Assembly: GCA_039621445.1 (NCBI GenBank) | Contig: CP154954.1 | Coordinates: forward strand, 47,347,847 to 47,411,846 | DNA from: Euglena gracilis | Taxonomy: Eukaryota | DNA: 64,000 nt | Reading direction: 5' to 3' | Shown here: positions 10,894 to 24,600 of the stretch, one piece after another | Position numbering within the stretch: the stretch's first letter is position 1 | How the letters are laid out: each line of letters begins with the position of its first letter | Program-made: the position numbers and the translations under genes | The notes under the pieces: generated by a model | The model's database searches: none | What the model was told of the DNA's origin: nothing | What the model saw: only the letters and a program-made list of their open reading frames with translations

Positions 10894-12477
10894 ATTTCCA
10901 CCGGAGACCATACAAGCAATAAGCCCCCCCAAAAAATAACGCCCATATTCACAAGGACCATAGAATTGCTAACCGACCCCCCGGGGGGGGGGGGTCACTC
11001 CACTTTTTTAAAAAACCAGTCAGTCACTCATTTTCAAAAAACCAGCCAGTCACTACCCCCCCCCCGCGGGGGTCGGCCACTCAGAAAAACGGCCACTTTC
11101 CAGTCACTTTAGGCCACTTTAGGCCCAAAAAAATTTTCCGGCGCCTTCGGCGCCGGGGTCACTCAAGCCACTTTTGCCCACTCCTGGCCGACCCCCCCCC
11201 CAGGGGGGGGGAGGGGGTTCGGGCCAAAACCAGTCAGTCACTCTGAAAAAACCAGTCACCCACCCCCCCAGGGGGGGGGGGTCGGTCAGTGCTTAAGCAA
11301 TTGCCTGACAAGGACACAGTAAGTGGATACCTTCATCTGGTGTAAATAACAAAAATATGCCGCACAGTGTCACCCTCATCAACCCCACCCTTGGGCAGCC
11401 AAAATACCTGAAATTTTGAGGGGGTAAGCTGTTTGGTGTTTTTTTTGGGTTGACTGCGGATTTTAGCCTTGAAGATGATTGCCTTTGAAATCTTTGAAAT
11501 CGTAAACATAAGAAGAGCATATGCATGCAAAGTGCAAAAAATCCGTTTCTCAAGTGAGGGAAGTAGAGAATGGATGACACCCATAACCATTTATGTTTCC
11601 TCTGCCATATTTGCTCAAAATTTGGCACTGAACTTGCAACTTTTTGGGGAAGAAAGATGGATTGACATCCACTTTTTGGGCTTGCACCCGTCATTCATGA
11701 CCTTTGGGCTCTTTGGGCTCCCGAGTTGGGGAGGGAAATTATTCCGCGGTTTCTGGACGGTGCCAGGGTTCCAAAAATTGGGTGGAAATGGGGGGGCATC
11801 ATTCGGGGAGGGGGGGAGATCGGGGTGACACTGTGCAATCACCATCCCATTTGAACGGGTTTCTTACACTTCAGACTCGTGCCACAGAATCCAAACACGT
11901 CATAATCCCAGCACTGAACGTCAACAAAAACTCCTTTTGTGGTAATGACAGCGTGATGTGAGGACGCCATAAGAGTGGAAAACGAAAGTGGGATTCTGGT
12001 TGTCAGAAGGAAAGTCGCAGTCTGCGAAATGTGCATGGGTGTGTTCACTTGAAATGCTTTGGCACACCCAAAGGAGACTTCGAAAACTGGAGGTGCAACA
12101 ACTGTCCTCGCAACGGATACATCTCAATTTGTGGTTCCAGACTCACTCCTTCAAAGTTAATGACAAAGGGGGGGAAGCAGTGCGGAAAGCATTTCTGAAA
12201 AAAAGCCAATGGAACTGCGTCGAAAGTGTCATAAAGAATAACTGGTTTACGACCCAGCCTTCTTTTTGCAAAGCCTCAAGAAAAATAGGAAACGCCAGCT
12301 TCGTTTTGGGGTAAGGGTCAAGCCCAGTCAAGCCCAGTGCGTCGCTTAAGACTGGAACCCACACCCCATTTTTGGGGTGTGTTCATTTCAGAGCCCCCCC
12401 CCCAGGCGATTTGTGAATCGTTTTTGCACAGAAAGGTGACACCAAGGGTCGCCCAAAGACTGAGGGCCAGCCTGGGC

Positions 12478-12578
12478 GACATCGCCTGAGAGGCCAACAC
12501 CTCCGAGTCGAACTGCACCAACGCAAAGCACTTCTGGCCGTTGTTGACCAGGCGCAGGTCCTTGAAGCCCAGGAACGG
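12478..12578 (-). CDS. RRM gene exon 7
   Basis: PFLGFKDLRLVNNGQKCFALVQFDSEVLASQAMS is beta2, RNP1 and helix 2 of RRM2. The following intron starts GCCCAG. Further tiny exons (candidates at about 12313-12319, 11837-11851 and below 11360) are unresolved. Confidence 0.85.
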
Positions 12579-12784
12579 GGGCGGGGGCTGCCGCGGGAGG
12601 GCGGGCCCCAGCGAGGGCGCGGAGGCTCGGACTCACTCACTCCCCAGCCGGGAGCAACGGGGGGGGGTTGGAACAAAGGTGCGAACATGGCCTCTGTTCA
12701 GGGGACCCCTTCCCGAGCAGGGGACGACGGTTTGAGTCAACAGGTACCCCCAAGCCCAATGAACACGAAAGTTACTCTCCAGTG

Positions 12785-12790
12785 TCTGCC

Positions 12791-12859
<69 letters not shown>

Positions 12860-12860
12860 G
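12785..12860. repeat. (CTGT)n microsatellite
   Basis: Direct observation. Confidence 0.95.
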
Positions 12861-13064
12861 CCGGACGGGGATGCATGGGTTGTGTGGGCAATAAAAGGCG
12901 ACAAACTAGATGGTCTGGGCACCTCCGATCCTTGGGCAAGAGGATTGATTAGACATGGGGGGGGGGGGCATTTCTGCACATGAAAGGGGAGAAAAGCTGA
13001 AAAGAACTCAAAAAAATCCGAGTCCAACGCTGAACTGGATGAGCAAAGCTGGGGGAAAAACTGA

Positions 13065-13078
13065 GGAAAAGATGTCCT
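13065..13078 (-). CDS. RRM gene micro-exon 6 (QDIFS)
   Basis: Follows an 86-nt GT-AG intron (GTACGT...TTTTTTTAG) and supplies the missing 'xIFx' before PFLGF. The 3' boundary is unresolved. Confidence 0.65.
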
Positions 13079-13164
13079 CTAAAAAAAAACCCACCTCAGA
13101 CCAGCTGAAAGAGAATAACGGTATGGAGGTGGTTGGCAACCACCGGTCGAGGAGGCGTACGTAC

Positions 13165-13251
13165 GAAGCTCCTCCTCTGTGACATTTGCAGGCAGGCCTG
13201 CCACATAAAGAGTGTCGCACGGTTGGGCCACAGCAGGGGAAGAGGTGGGCT
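13165..13251 (-). CDS. RRM gene exon 5
   Basis: PTSSPAVAQPCDTLYVAGLPANVTEEEL is RNP2 of RRM2, followed by a GTACGT donor. Confidence 0.88.
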
Positions 13252-14059
13252 ACTGTCGGCTGAGCTCAACAAGAAGTTGTTGCCACCTGGGACGACAACA
13301 TGCATGCGCCCGTGCATTCGCACGCACGCACACACACGCGCATGCACGCACGCACGCACGCACGTGCGCGCGCACACACAGACAAACGTGCACGTGTGCA
13401 CACATGCAGGCACGCATGCGCTGACACATGCAGCACGCACGCACACGCGCACGCACGCATACACGCATCAGCACGCACGCGCGAATGATTGCATGCAAAT
13501 GCGCACGTACATGCACACCTCTCGGGGGGGGGGGGGGTCCGGAAAACTCTTCCAGCCGGTCGAAAATAGCATGGCCCGAAATATTTTTTGCACAACTGCG
13601 CAAAAAGAATGTTCGAGGACAATCCTTGCTGAAGTGTTATGACCATAGGTTCACTGAGTGATCCCAGGGGGGGACTTTCCCCTGCCACCCACCCACGACC
13701 CCCTCCCAGAACTCCCAGAAGAGGGGAGGGGGGTCAACCACCGACCCTCCTCACCCACAACATCACTCCGCAAAGAAAAAATCCTTCAGTGCCGAAGGAG
13801 TTCAACAAAGAATCGGCACCCCCTGAAATGCGGGAAAGGCTGGTGGGAACGGAGGGTGGTCGGAGCCCCCAACCCACCACAGGATGGGGGTTGTCGACAC
13901 TCACCCCACTCACCACCCATAGGGTTTCGGAATCTGGTGGGAGGGTCGAAACCCCCCCACCAGACCTTCTCACACAGCCCTGGGGGCACCCCCCTGGGTG
14001 GGTCGAGGGACCCCACTTCCCAGTCGGTCTTTCAAAAATCCCTGACACTTACGCGCATG

Positions 14060-14190
<131 letters not shown>

Positions 14191-14636
14191 ATCATGTGGA
14201 CGTCAGGGATGCATTTAGTGTGTTCGCAAAAGCCGTAGTGAATACAAAATTTTATTCTGGGGAAAGCAGGAGAAAACCAAAAAAAATTGTGGAAATGGGT
14301 GAACACAATACAATTTTGGTGAACGCTGTTGAATGGGGGTAAATACAAAAATTTTCTTAAATTTTGAAGATACTAAAAAAAAAAAATGTTTTACACATTT
14401 GAACACAATGTTTCATTCGGTGAACACAGGTGAACAACAATTTTTAGGTGAACATGGGTGAACACACTCACATTTTTTTTCTTGGTGAACACACGAGAAC
14501 AAAAAATGGTGACTAAAGGAATGTATAATACACACACCGCACACCACCTGCACCACACCAACCTAAAATGCGGCAAAGCTGGACTTGGGGACAACGCCCA
14601 TGTACTGCATAAACGTCCTCCAGCGTTCAGCCGGGA

Positions 14637-14707
14637 GGCCCAAGCCGCCCTGCTGCTGGAAGTTCTGGAACGCCACCAGTGCCTGGTACAGGTCCTGCGG
14701 AGCGTAC
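14637..14707 (-). CDS. RRM gene exon 4 (linker)
   Basis: YAPQDLYQALVAFQNFQQQGGLG with GC3-rich codons. Both flanking intron stems give in-frame joins. Confidence 0.75.
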
Positions 14708-14861
14708 ACCCGCAGGCACGGTCACGATGCGTCGACAAGCTCAAAAAAAGCATCAAATTGTTGGCCACAAACCTCGGTCGTTCAAAAAAAATTAATCTTT
14801 GCTCAAACTGGACAATACGATGCAATTGCTGAAAGACTCTGCAATACTGGTGAGGTTGGTG

Positions 14862-15339
14862 CAGGGATGGATGGGAAGCCTTGAGGGGGGGGGTCGGACC
14901 CCCCCCTCCTACCTCGAAACTGAGGGGGATCCGAAAATTTTTCAATTTCATGGGCGGGCAAAGGGCCGGAAATCGGGTCGAAATCGGTCAAAAATCCCTG
15001 ATTTTTCTTTGAAAATCGATCCAAAAATGCTCATTTTTTGAAATTTTTTGAACATTTTTCGGCGCTGTGCGCTGGAGAATGAGCAAAAACACCCCTTTTG
15101 CTGACTTTTGGATATATTGCCCATTTTTTGATGTGTTGGTGTTTTCCCCCCAGAAGAATCCCATCCATCGGGGGTCCCATCCACCCCCCCCCTGGGGGTA
15201 AGGTGGGGGGGTTCAGACCCCCCCCCTAGATGTTGGGAGGAGGGGCCCGGACCCCCCATCCCCTTGACAGGTGCCAAAAATAGCAGAAAATTTTCCCTAC
15301 CATCTACCTCAATACCGAAGGGCTTCCCATCCATCCCTG
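14862..15339. mobile_element. hAT-type MITE
   Basis: 19-bp perfect TIR CAGGGATGGATGGGAAGCC and 8-bp TSD GGTTGGTG on both sides. Confidence 0.9.
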
Positions 15340-17379
15340 GGTTGGTGTGTGGTCAGATGTGGGCGTTGTGAATTTCACTAAGCTACCCGAGAGATAAGGG
15401 CCCCCTTCGGTTGCATGAAAGAAATTCCAACAGGAAATACCAAAAAAACTTTGGGGCTTCAAACCCCCCAATATTGTGTTTTCTGGAATTTCTTGAAAAA
15501 TAGGCAAAAATACGCGGGAAAAACATTGCTTTTTGGACAAAAGCTGAAAGGAAAAAGCTCCCTTTCCCGTTCCCCGCAGCCAAATTTCTCTATTTTGTTG
15601 TTTTAATTTTTCGTTGGTTGCCTCCTGGGGGGGTGCAAGGTAAACCCCCAAACACAAGACTCTGGTGTCTTAAATTGGGGATTCTGAAAACAGGCTTGGC
15701 ATTCGGTGCCGGTCAGAAAATTCGAAAGGGTGTCTTGTTGGGGGGGGGGGGCATTAAATGAGTGCCCTTTTGGACAAGGTCTGCTGGGATCATTTTTGGT
15801 ATTCAATCAACAAATTCTTTCCTCGTAAATCCCCAGTGACAGAGGCTGGAGCAGGTATTATTTTTTTAAGGAACCTTAAAAAACCTTTAAAAAAAAAACT
15901 TCAAAAAAGCTTAAAAATTTTTGGACCAACCTTAGAAAACCTGAAGAAAAACCTTAAAAAATTGGTGCTGGAAAATTTTTCAAATCTTTTGATCAAAAAA
16001 GGAGTTGCAAATCTCGGCAAAACAAGTTAAATCCAGGGGGGGGGGAATGAATTCTGGCATCACTGGAACATTGTGCGTCTACCTAAAACTCAAAAAAAAA
16101 TGGGTTTGATTTTCAACCTGGACCGACGTGGTTCGATGTCCAGATGGCTCTTTGACCACCCATGACAAGTAGACGCCTTAAAAATTCTTAAAAATTTGAA
16201 AATGCCTTAAAAAACCTTAAAAAAATAGGAAACGCCTTTAGAAACCATAAAAAAATTTTGAAATTTTTTGCTTTAAAATTTTCAAATTTTTTAATTTGAA
16301 GTAAATTCAAATTAAAAAAAATTAAAATTAAATGAATAATAATGCCTGGGCTGGAGCTTACTGGGTTGCAGGTGTGGTTTGTTGAAAGGCAAAATGGGCA
16401 TTCACATCTCAAGAATTTCCTGGTCTTTCAGCACCACCTCTTAAAAAAATGCTGGCTGCTTGGAAGCATGCAAAAAAAATGACCGTCTTCCACAGCAATC
16501 ACAACCGGAAGCAAAAAGTTTCTTGCTGCTGGTTATTGGGAAAGAAATCCTGATCCTGGCCATAGATTTTCACGGCAATTTCCCCCAACTGTAAATGCTC
16601 AAGGATTATTCAACCATTCCTGAAGCAATCTGCCTGAAAATATTTGGTGGACTCGGTTGCAAGGAGGACACAGTTTGGTGGCTGCAGTTAAACCCCATCA
16701 ATGCTTCCCCTGGGAGCAGGCAAGCAAGGTGCAAAAAAATACAGCTGTTTATTTCTGCCTGTCAGCCACCCGCATCGAAAATAACAAGAAAGCAAACGGT
16801 GGGAAAAGAAAACCAATACCTGCAGGCTGACCAAACCCCCTCATTTATAACAATGAGGGGGTCATTACAAATGGGGGTTGAGAGCATGAGGTCGTCATAC
16901 TCCTTCAGAAGACAAAAAAAAATCATTTTCTTGACCAAAACGGTCAACTACAGTCAAAACTGGTCAGTATGCCATCAAAAGGTCCCACATGACCGAAATG
17001 AACCAAAATGGCCCCCCAAAATGATCTTAATTGCCCCAGAATGACAAAAGATGCGAAAGACCATACACTTGCTCTTGCAGGTTCAAATTGGCCCAAAATT
17101 GCCCAAATCTGTAATAAAAAAAAATGGTGTCCCAAAAATGTATAAACTGAATGCAAGAGGACCTTCTTTTTTCAGTCTCTGCATTTTTGCCTTTTTTGGC
17201 AGGTGGTCAATATGTTCTCAAACTGGTGAAAGTTTCCTCAATGAACTATCAATGGGTGGTCATTATCCAAGGGGGCCGTTCCAACCAATGGACAATGTTA
17301 ACACAGTGCGAATATGACAGAGATGCAGGATTCCTTGCCACTCAACTGCATTCTCCCCCAAATGTGGCTGTGCCTGAGA

Positions 17380-17540
17380 GACGCGGGAGAGGTCCGGGCC
17401 GCCTTCGAAACCGGCAGCGAGGCCCCCAACACGTCCCCGAAGGGCCTCTTAGACACCGGGGGGCGGCTCGAGGGTTTGAGGTTCTTCTGAGCCATCATGC
17501 ATTTGATGACGGCCCCGGACGCTGGGGCCAAAGCACCTCC
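17380..17540 (-). CDS. RRM gene exon 3
   Basis: GGALAPASGAVIKCMMAQKNLK is beta4 and the end of RRM1, followed by a basic linker (SKRPF...SKAART). Its 161 nt keep frame with the neighbouring exons. Confidence 0.8.
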
Positions 17541-18469
17541 GGGTGATAATCTCGCCAGGAGGCCCCCAGGGTTGTTGCACGCGGTACGCACGGGTGGGCG
17601 GGCGGGTAGGTCAATGTGTGCATGCGTGGGTGTGAATGGATAGATGGGCGGGCGGGTATGGGGAGGTGGCGGGGAATGCGATTGTTTTTGTGATTTCCAG
17701 TATGCAACTCAGAAAAAAAATTTATAGAATCTCATTTAAGAGGCTGTGCAGGTGGGATCGGACCACCCTTTCCCAACGCCCAGGGGGGAAGTTGACACTT
17801 AAGAAAAATACTTCTAAGCGACTTGCAACCATAAATACAGGAAGTGCTCAGATGGGTCCACAATCCGGCCATTGGCAATGAAACCTCTTCCAGCCGCTGA
17901 TGACATATCAAACCCTGAACCTCCCTCTCCTTTAAAAACAACTACACCTGGCATCTGAAATGTTTGTCCATGGCCGGCAAAAACATTTGCCCCAACCTGT
18001 CAAGATTCTTGCCCAGCGCCCTCAAGAAAATTGCCCAGAGGTCTTAAAATTTTTGCACTTGTTCCAAAAAAAACTGCCCTCCATCATGTTATTTTGCACA
18101 ATAAAAAAGCCTCACACTGCGCAATGGAAAAAGAGACACTCCACTCCGGTTGAAGTTTCAAAGGGCGATAATGCGAAACTACCTATCCAAGTGCAAAAAT
18201 TTTCCGAACGGAGGCAAATATTCTTGGGAAAAGGTGCAAACAGTTTTGAGATAAAGTGCAAACATTTTTGAGATAAAGGGCAAAAAAAAATTTGGCCGGA
18301 AGTGCAAAACCACGTGGTGTGAAACGAGAAAAATCGGTCGCCGGGTGCAGTATTAAAACAAAGATAACTTACAATAGATGATGTAATGGGTGCAGGCAAA
18401 AAAAAAGTGTGGAACCTGTGTTCAACCAATACCATGAAAATCTATGTAAAACGAAATAAATGTGCCAAA

Positions 18470-19056
18470 CGAGTTTTGTGCGCGGACACTCAACCCCAAG
18501 CCCCAAAGCCTATGTTAGCCCATGGGCTGTGGTGATGGTGTGTGCACACTTGTACGGCCATGCCCCACGCAGCAGCATCCCAGCCAGCTCTGCCACACGG
18601 CTTTGGACACATCTGAGGCCACTTGTGTGAGAGCAAAATGTTTCCATTTGTGTCCTTCTTTGCTTTCCACTCAAGCCGCCGCCCAGTCAAGGAGGCGAGG
18701 TCGTCAATACTGAGGTGGGTGGGCTTTGGCTGACTTGAGCCATTTTTGACCATTTTAGCCCAATTTGGTCACCTTGACCAAGTCACTGCCTCCACAGCCA
18801 GCGTTGACAGGGGTTCAGCATGTGTTGTCCAAAGCTGGGACCAAACGCCACCCACCCCAGTATTGACCACCTCGCCCCCTTGCTCACAAATAGAAACATT
18901 TTGCTTTCACACAAGTGGCCTCAGTTTTGCCCAAAGCCCTGGCTGGGGTGCTGCTGCGTGGGGCAGGGCCGTGCTAGTGTGCACACACCATCACCACAGC
19001 CCATGGACTAACATAGGCTTTGGGGCTTGGGGTTGAGTTCCCACCCACAAAAATCG
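18470..19056. mobile_element. foldback element (long diverged inverted repeats, about 250-bp arms)
   Basis: ACTCAACCCCAAGCCCCAAAGCCTATGTTAG... is mirrored by ...CTAACATAGGCTTTGGGGCTTGGGGTTGAGT. Confidence 0.8.
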
Positions 19057-21922
19057 AGGGGTTGCAAAATTCTCCTCATTTATGTGGCACCGTCTTTTTC
19101 CAAGGCAGGTCGAACAGCGACCCTTTCTCATTTTCATTGAGTTGTCATTCACTCAGAGAGTTCTCCCAGAAACTTTCCTTGTGAACAAGAAACACTGGTA
19201 ATTAATTGTATTATTTTAATAAAAATTCGTGAAATTGAAGCCAAACACTTTCTATTTGAATGGAATCAGGTTCTTATCTCGACAAAAAAAAAGAAATCAG
19301 GGTAAAAGGTGACAACCCAGCACCATCATCATCGCCGTCCCCCATTGGTTTAAGTTCAGATTTGCATGGTTTTGGTCCAAAATGGAAGCAGTTTCTTCAG
19401 TTTTGTGTCCCAAAATGGGTTATTACTTTTTTCAGTGAAAGTGCCCTCAGGGGGTCCACAACGAAAATGAAATACATTTGGCTTCCTGGAGGAGCGCCAC
19501 AGAGAGGCTCCAGGTCACCAGGCTGGTAACCATGCTCTGGGAGGCCCGCACCCCCTTCCCCTCCCCACCTCCCCCAGTCCATGCCTTGGATCCAAGGCAG
19601 GCAAACAACGGTGTTTCCCAGTGTGTCCTTCAACATCAATGCATTCTCCCTGCGCACAGCCTGTGTCCATTCCAAAGCTGCTCACCTGCGCATTTTCTTG
19701 GGTTTCCAAAAAATGCGCAGGTACGCACTTTCTTCCAGGCTGGGTGAAAACACCTCAAAACTGAGCTGCTTTTGTTTCATGTGACCACAAGACCCATTCT
19801 CTCATTTTCTGGTTTAGCTGTGTGTCATGCCGTTTGTAGCTGATTTGTGACGACTGCGGTACAGTGCACGGCTGGAGAAACATTTGGAACGCTCTTCATG
19901 GCGGGTGACGGAGGCCAGTCTCGACCTGGTTTTATCACCGTGCGTTCACCGATGCATGCTGAGAGGCACAGAACTATTCGGAATGCGCAGATGCGCATTT
20001 TCAACAAAAAAAACTACATTCCCGGCCATCTGAGGACCACCCCCAATTATAAATTCCCTCCCCAACGTTGTGAATGCTCCTGAGGCGGGCCCCCCCCAGA
20101 AAATTTGGAATCCTGACTTTTGACCACCTGCGGACTCAGGTGACCATTTCCGCGCCGAGGCCACCACCCTCACCACACCGCACTGCTGACCGTATGGGCC
20201 TCTTTCATTTCTTTTCTCATAGCAATCTATGTTGTAATCATTGTCGAAAGATGACCCAATCTTTATTCTTTTTGACAGAAAGTTTTTCCAAATATTTTTG
20301 TTTTCTGGTTTCAAATTCAATTTTTTTTAAAGGCGCCTTGAGGGGTTTTTCAACTCTGTTGGTCTGTGAGCCGCAGTGTTGGTTTGTTTTTTTTGGACCC
20401 ATGCACAAAGAGCTTTCACCAGTGCACAACAGCATTTATCAGGCGTCTACCTGTGCACAACAGGGTTCACCTGTGTGCGTACCATTGAAAAACTGTGCCT
20501 TGCACTACAAAAGGACCTTGTTTGTTCTTGGAGAGCAGGGGAGGGGTGGGAGAATCACAATCAGAAGGGTAGGAGGGGGGGCAGGAGTGTCGCTCTGACA
20601 GGCCATGACACAACACCTGTAATGGTGTGGGAAACCCTGAGCTCAGCAACGGCAGGCATCTCACACACATTCATGTCCTTCAGTAATAGGAAACCACCCC
20701 CCTGCAGTTCAAGTCATCGGAATGCACATCTGCATACTCCAGGTCACCCACATGCTGCTCTCATGAACGTGTAGAGCACGTCACAACTCACATGCACCAT
20801 GTCCCCCACCCTGCGGAGGTGATTCCAGTTGCAACCAGCATTGTCCAACCCCAAGCCAAGAGCATACAATGCAGCACACAGCCAACCTGTCCCCTGAACA
20901 ACCTCATGTTGCGCTGCAGCGCACGGTGCCAGGAGCACTGTGCCCCACGACCAGGGCCAACGCTGGGGATCGTGTCTGATTCCACACACACGGTGTTCAC
21001 TGCGTTGGAACCGGAGTGCGAAACATACCTGTCAGCACTTTGGCACCACTCCCAAAAACCGTCCGAAAAAATAGAATTATTTCACAATCCAATCGGGTTC
21101 AAAGAAGCGAAAACATTGGTCAGTCCTTGCCCCAAAGTTTCTCCGGGCCCCTGAAACAGTGAGTCAGACACAGACACATCAGAAAAAATGTTACAACTAA
21201 ACCCAATAATTTTTCCATTCTGCTTTTTCTGCACATCCCACTGCGCCACACCTTGGGGAAACGGATGAGAAAGCGACTTCAGTGCCTGAGAAAATTCCTC
21301 AGTGATGGGCACCCCAAATCCCAACTGTGCCGGCAGTGCTTCATCGCATGAGGAAAACGTCGGCGAATGCGCACATGCGCAAAAAAAGCATCCGAGGCAT
21401 TTCTTAAATTGCTGCCACGACGCCGATTTTTTTGGCTCCCAATGGGCCTGCCTCTGCCGACGTCATCTCCCCCCCGCCCTTACCTCACTCTGAAACCACA
21501 CGGCTGGGGCGTACATCTCTCTGAGATGATCAGATGGCATTCGAGGACGGGCCTGAAGCGAAACACGGCAAAAGAGGACCACCGCCTGTGGCAGTTGGAA
21601 ACAAACCTTCTCAAGGGAAAACGGTGGGAAACAATGCAAATCAGAGCAGAGGTGGTGAGCGCAAAAAGTTGCCTGACATACAATGTTTTGTTGTCCAAAA
21701 AAAGGCATTGAAATGTGGTTCATTTGTTATACCTTACCTTAAAAATTTCCGCCACCCCTGGCCAGGAACCTTTCGCCACCCAACCCCACGACTTTAGCCA
21801 GCCTCCAAAGAATTTTTGCCGCAGTTCCATACATTTTTGCAACTTGACCTGGTTTACTTTGCCATTGATCCTCTTCATTTTCACCACACCTGACCTTGGC
21901 AGTTGAACGGGGCACACCTTAA

Positions 21923-22124
21923 ACCCCCCCCCCAAATAACACCACCCCCCCAAATCACACACCCCCCCTCGGGGGCCGATTTCGAGCGCCCAAATAACAC
22001 CCCCCCCCTGTTTTCCTTTGGTTTTCCATGTAAAAATAACACCCCCCCCCAAATAACACACCCCCCCTGGGCCCCAGTTCGGGTGCCCAAATAACACACC
22101 GGAGGGGGTGTTATTTGGGGGGGT
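21923..22124. mobile_element. MITE flanked by TTAA
   Basis: TIR ACCCCCCC..AAATAACACC / GGTGTTATTTGGGGGGGT, with internal CAAATAACAC repeats. Confidence 0.7.
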
Positions 22125-24030
22125 TTAATGCACTGCTGCTGCAAATGCATCAAACGTTCATGAAAAGGGCATGGAACAAGTGCAAAAATGCGCGAATGTG
22201 TGAAAAAAATATGCAAAAAAATCCGCTTACCCTCACCCCCCCCCCTCAAAAAGCCCCCCCCCCCCCGGCCAAAGTGGACAAAAAAATTATTGGCAAATTT
22301 TGGTTTATCCCCCCAAAGTGACGTTTTTCCTTCGGCACCAAAAGTGCTGAAGGCCAAAATTGACGCCCCCCAGCACCTAGCACCCCCCCCCCCCGTGGGG
22401 TAGGCACCAGACAAAAAAAAGCCTGCCCCCCACAAAATGTCCCCCCCAGTCCGGCCATTTTGGGGTCCAACGGCGCCTAGAGGGTGGCCACTTTGGGTGG
22501 GAGGGTATGATGCGCTGGGCCTGGGGGGATACACTTGTCGGCCACAAAGGCGCCGAAAATTTTTGAAGAGGTGCTATTTTTAGCATTTTCGCGATTTTTG
22601 GCCATTTTCGGGGAACGAGAGTGGGTCCCCCGGGACCCCCCCCCCCCAGGGGGTGGGTGGTTGGGGGGAACCCCCCCCTCCCAGTGCTGTGGACCTTCTT
22701 GGCCATCTGGGGCAACTTTTTTTTTTTACTTTTTTGGCAAGTTGAGGTCATTTCAAGCCATCTTTTGACATTTTTTGGGGCCGCTTTTTCCATTTTTTTT
22801 AGTCACTTTTTGGTCATTTTTGGCCCAAAATGGCCAAAGAAATGTCCCAAGGGTCCCAGGCACTTCCTGAAAGTTTTCTAAATCCTCAAAATAGTCTCAA
22901 GAAAAGTGGCAAAAAAGAATGGAACAGGGGCGGAAATGATTGCACGCGGGGCGGAAATATTTGGACAGACCGGCGAAAATTCTGAGGACGGGCGGCGAAA
23001 ACACTTGGGTTTGGGGCAAAATATACTCAAGGTCAGCTATAAAAAAACAGCATTTGACAACGGTTTGCTTCTGAAAAAGTGCTCCCTGGGTCCATTATTG
23101 GCATAAACCATTTTGCTGTCCATAAATCAGGTTTTGTTTGATTTTTATCCAACTGAGAAACGTTTTCTCAGGGTCCGGTGGGAGCAATAAAGACCCCTTT
23201 GGTGTCTTCATCTGCAAGCGTACCAGGGTTCCAAAAGGAAATCAACAAAAATTACACAGGCGGTGGGGGTCTTCGGAAAAATTGTGTGCAGGGGGGGGAG
23301 GGAGTGAATGGGTGGGTAGGGGGGGTGAGTGGGAGGGTGAGTGGGTGAATTCCCCCCACTTTTGCCTGAAAAAAAGGGAGAGCTGGACCAACATTTTTTC
23401 GTTGAAAAGTTGCTTTCCCGACCTGAAAAATTATAGAATGACTTTTTCACACATTTTCAAAATAAATGGCAAAAATTGGCCAGTGGCAAAAGCGCCGCCC
23501 TGGCCAGACCCCCCCCCCAAACGGCACACACTGTGGTGCACCCCCCTGCCAAGTCTCTATTGGGCCATGAAGAGCCTGGAACGGGAATGGTAGGGGGGGG
23601 GGCAACTTTCACTTGCTGCTTTGGGTTTGCCAACTTGTGATGGTCGTGGCTGTAAATACAATTTCCCCATGAATAAATGAGGAGTTGTGTTCTCTTTCCC
23701 AAAAACAGCATTTAGTGAAACCGTATTCTTGCCTTGAGGGGGTGGAGCGGGTCACCGTGGGGGGGTTACAGGGGGGGGGGGGATGGCCTCTTTCGGGAAC
23801 CGAAAAACGGGCAGTGGCTCAAAAACGGCTTTTCTAAGTCATTTTCTTTTGGAAATTGTTTCCTCAACCTGCTGAGGCCCAATTTGCGGGTCACAGTGGG
23901 GCACCACGGGGACTGCGCCCCCTGAAATTATCACACTTGAAACCTCCGCAAAAAAAAAAATGTAACCGAAGAAGAATCCAAAAGGAAATGGCAAAACAAA
24001 ATTGATGGTTGGATCACAAAGAGATTCCAC

Positions 24031-24131
24031 GCCCAAATATGCGGCACACTGCTCCGCTTGCTCAATGCTGTTAAACCGTGCAAACCCCATGAGATTTCCG
24101 CTGCTGGTGGTCATCATCAGGGATGTCTTAT
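24031..24131 (-). CDS. RRM gene exon 2
   Basis: TSLMMTTSSGNLMGFARFNSIEQAEQCAAYLG is RNP1 plus helix 2 of RRM1. Confidence 0.85.
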
Positions 24132-24298
24132 GCAGATCATTTTGGTGAACTCGTGACTTTCAAATAAAAGTGGTGACTTGGGGAAATCATCCTGGTGGTT
24201 TCAGAATAACCCGCGCTCTGGGTCAAACAAAAATCAATTGCCACTGATGGTCAGGGGCGCCGGGCAGGCGCCCCTGCCCCTGAGTGCGGTCGATTTGT

Positions 24299-24600
24299 CA
24301 AAAACCTATTTTGCAGGGCCCGCACGCGTGTCTTGAGCAACGTTCGACGATAAGGATTCCGTACGATGGATTTTTTGACGCTTTTTTGTGGTTTTCATAA
24401 AAAAAACGGCACCCCTCTGAAAACTGTTTTTCCCAACAGTACCTATCTTGAAAACCGTTCGAAACGAACGGGCCTGTCTTGAAAACCGTTTGACATGAAC
24501 GGGTGCCTGTCTTGAAAACCATCAAACATAAACGGCACCCTTGCCCGTTTATGTCAGTCGATTTTCAAGACAGGTGTCGGGCCCTGGAAATAGGTTTTAA
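24299..24600. mobile_element. short copy of the AAAACCTATTT-TIR element family (long copy at 46564-49390)
   Basis: TIR AAAACCTATTT...GGGCCCG...TGTCTTGA is shared with 46564-49390. Confidence 0.75.

Noticed and set aside
11333-11400. candidate terminal exon readings (LQGW, VDEGDTVRHIF, LMRVTL)
   Set aside because: The frames are mutually exclusive and lie partly inside a paired-end segment. They cannot be resolved without cDNA.
20940-20989. 'CGIRHDPQ' resembling the RRM 'NGIRFDP' motif as exon 3
   Set aside because: The 17380-17540 exon completes the RRM better and has a complementary intron end.
16400-21700. scattered Cys/His-rich fragments (also about 11900-12300) suggestive of LINE 3' zinc-knuckle relics
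   Set aside because: They are too degenerate, and no RT or endonuclease motif could be read.
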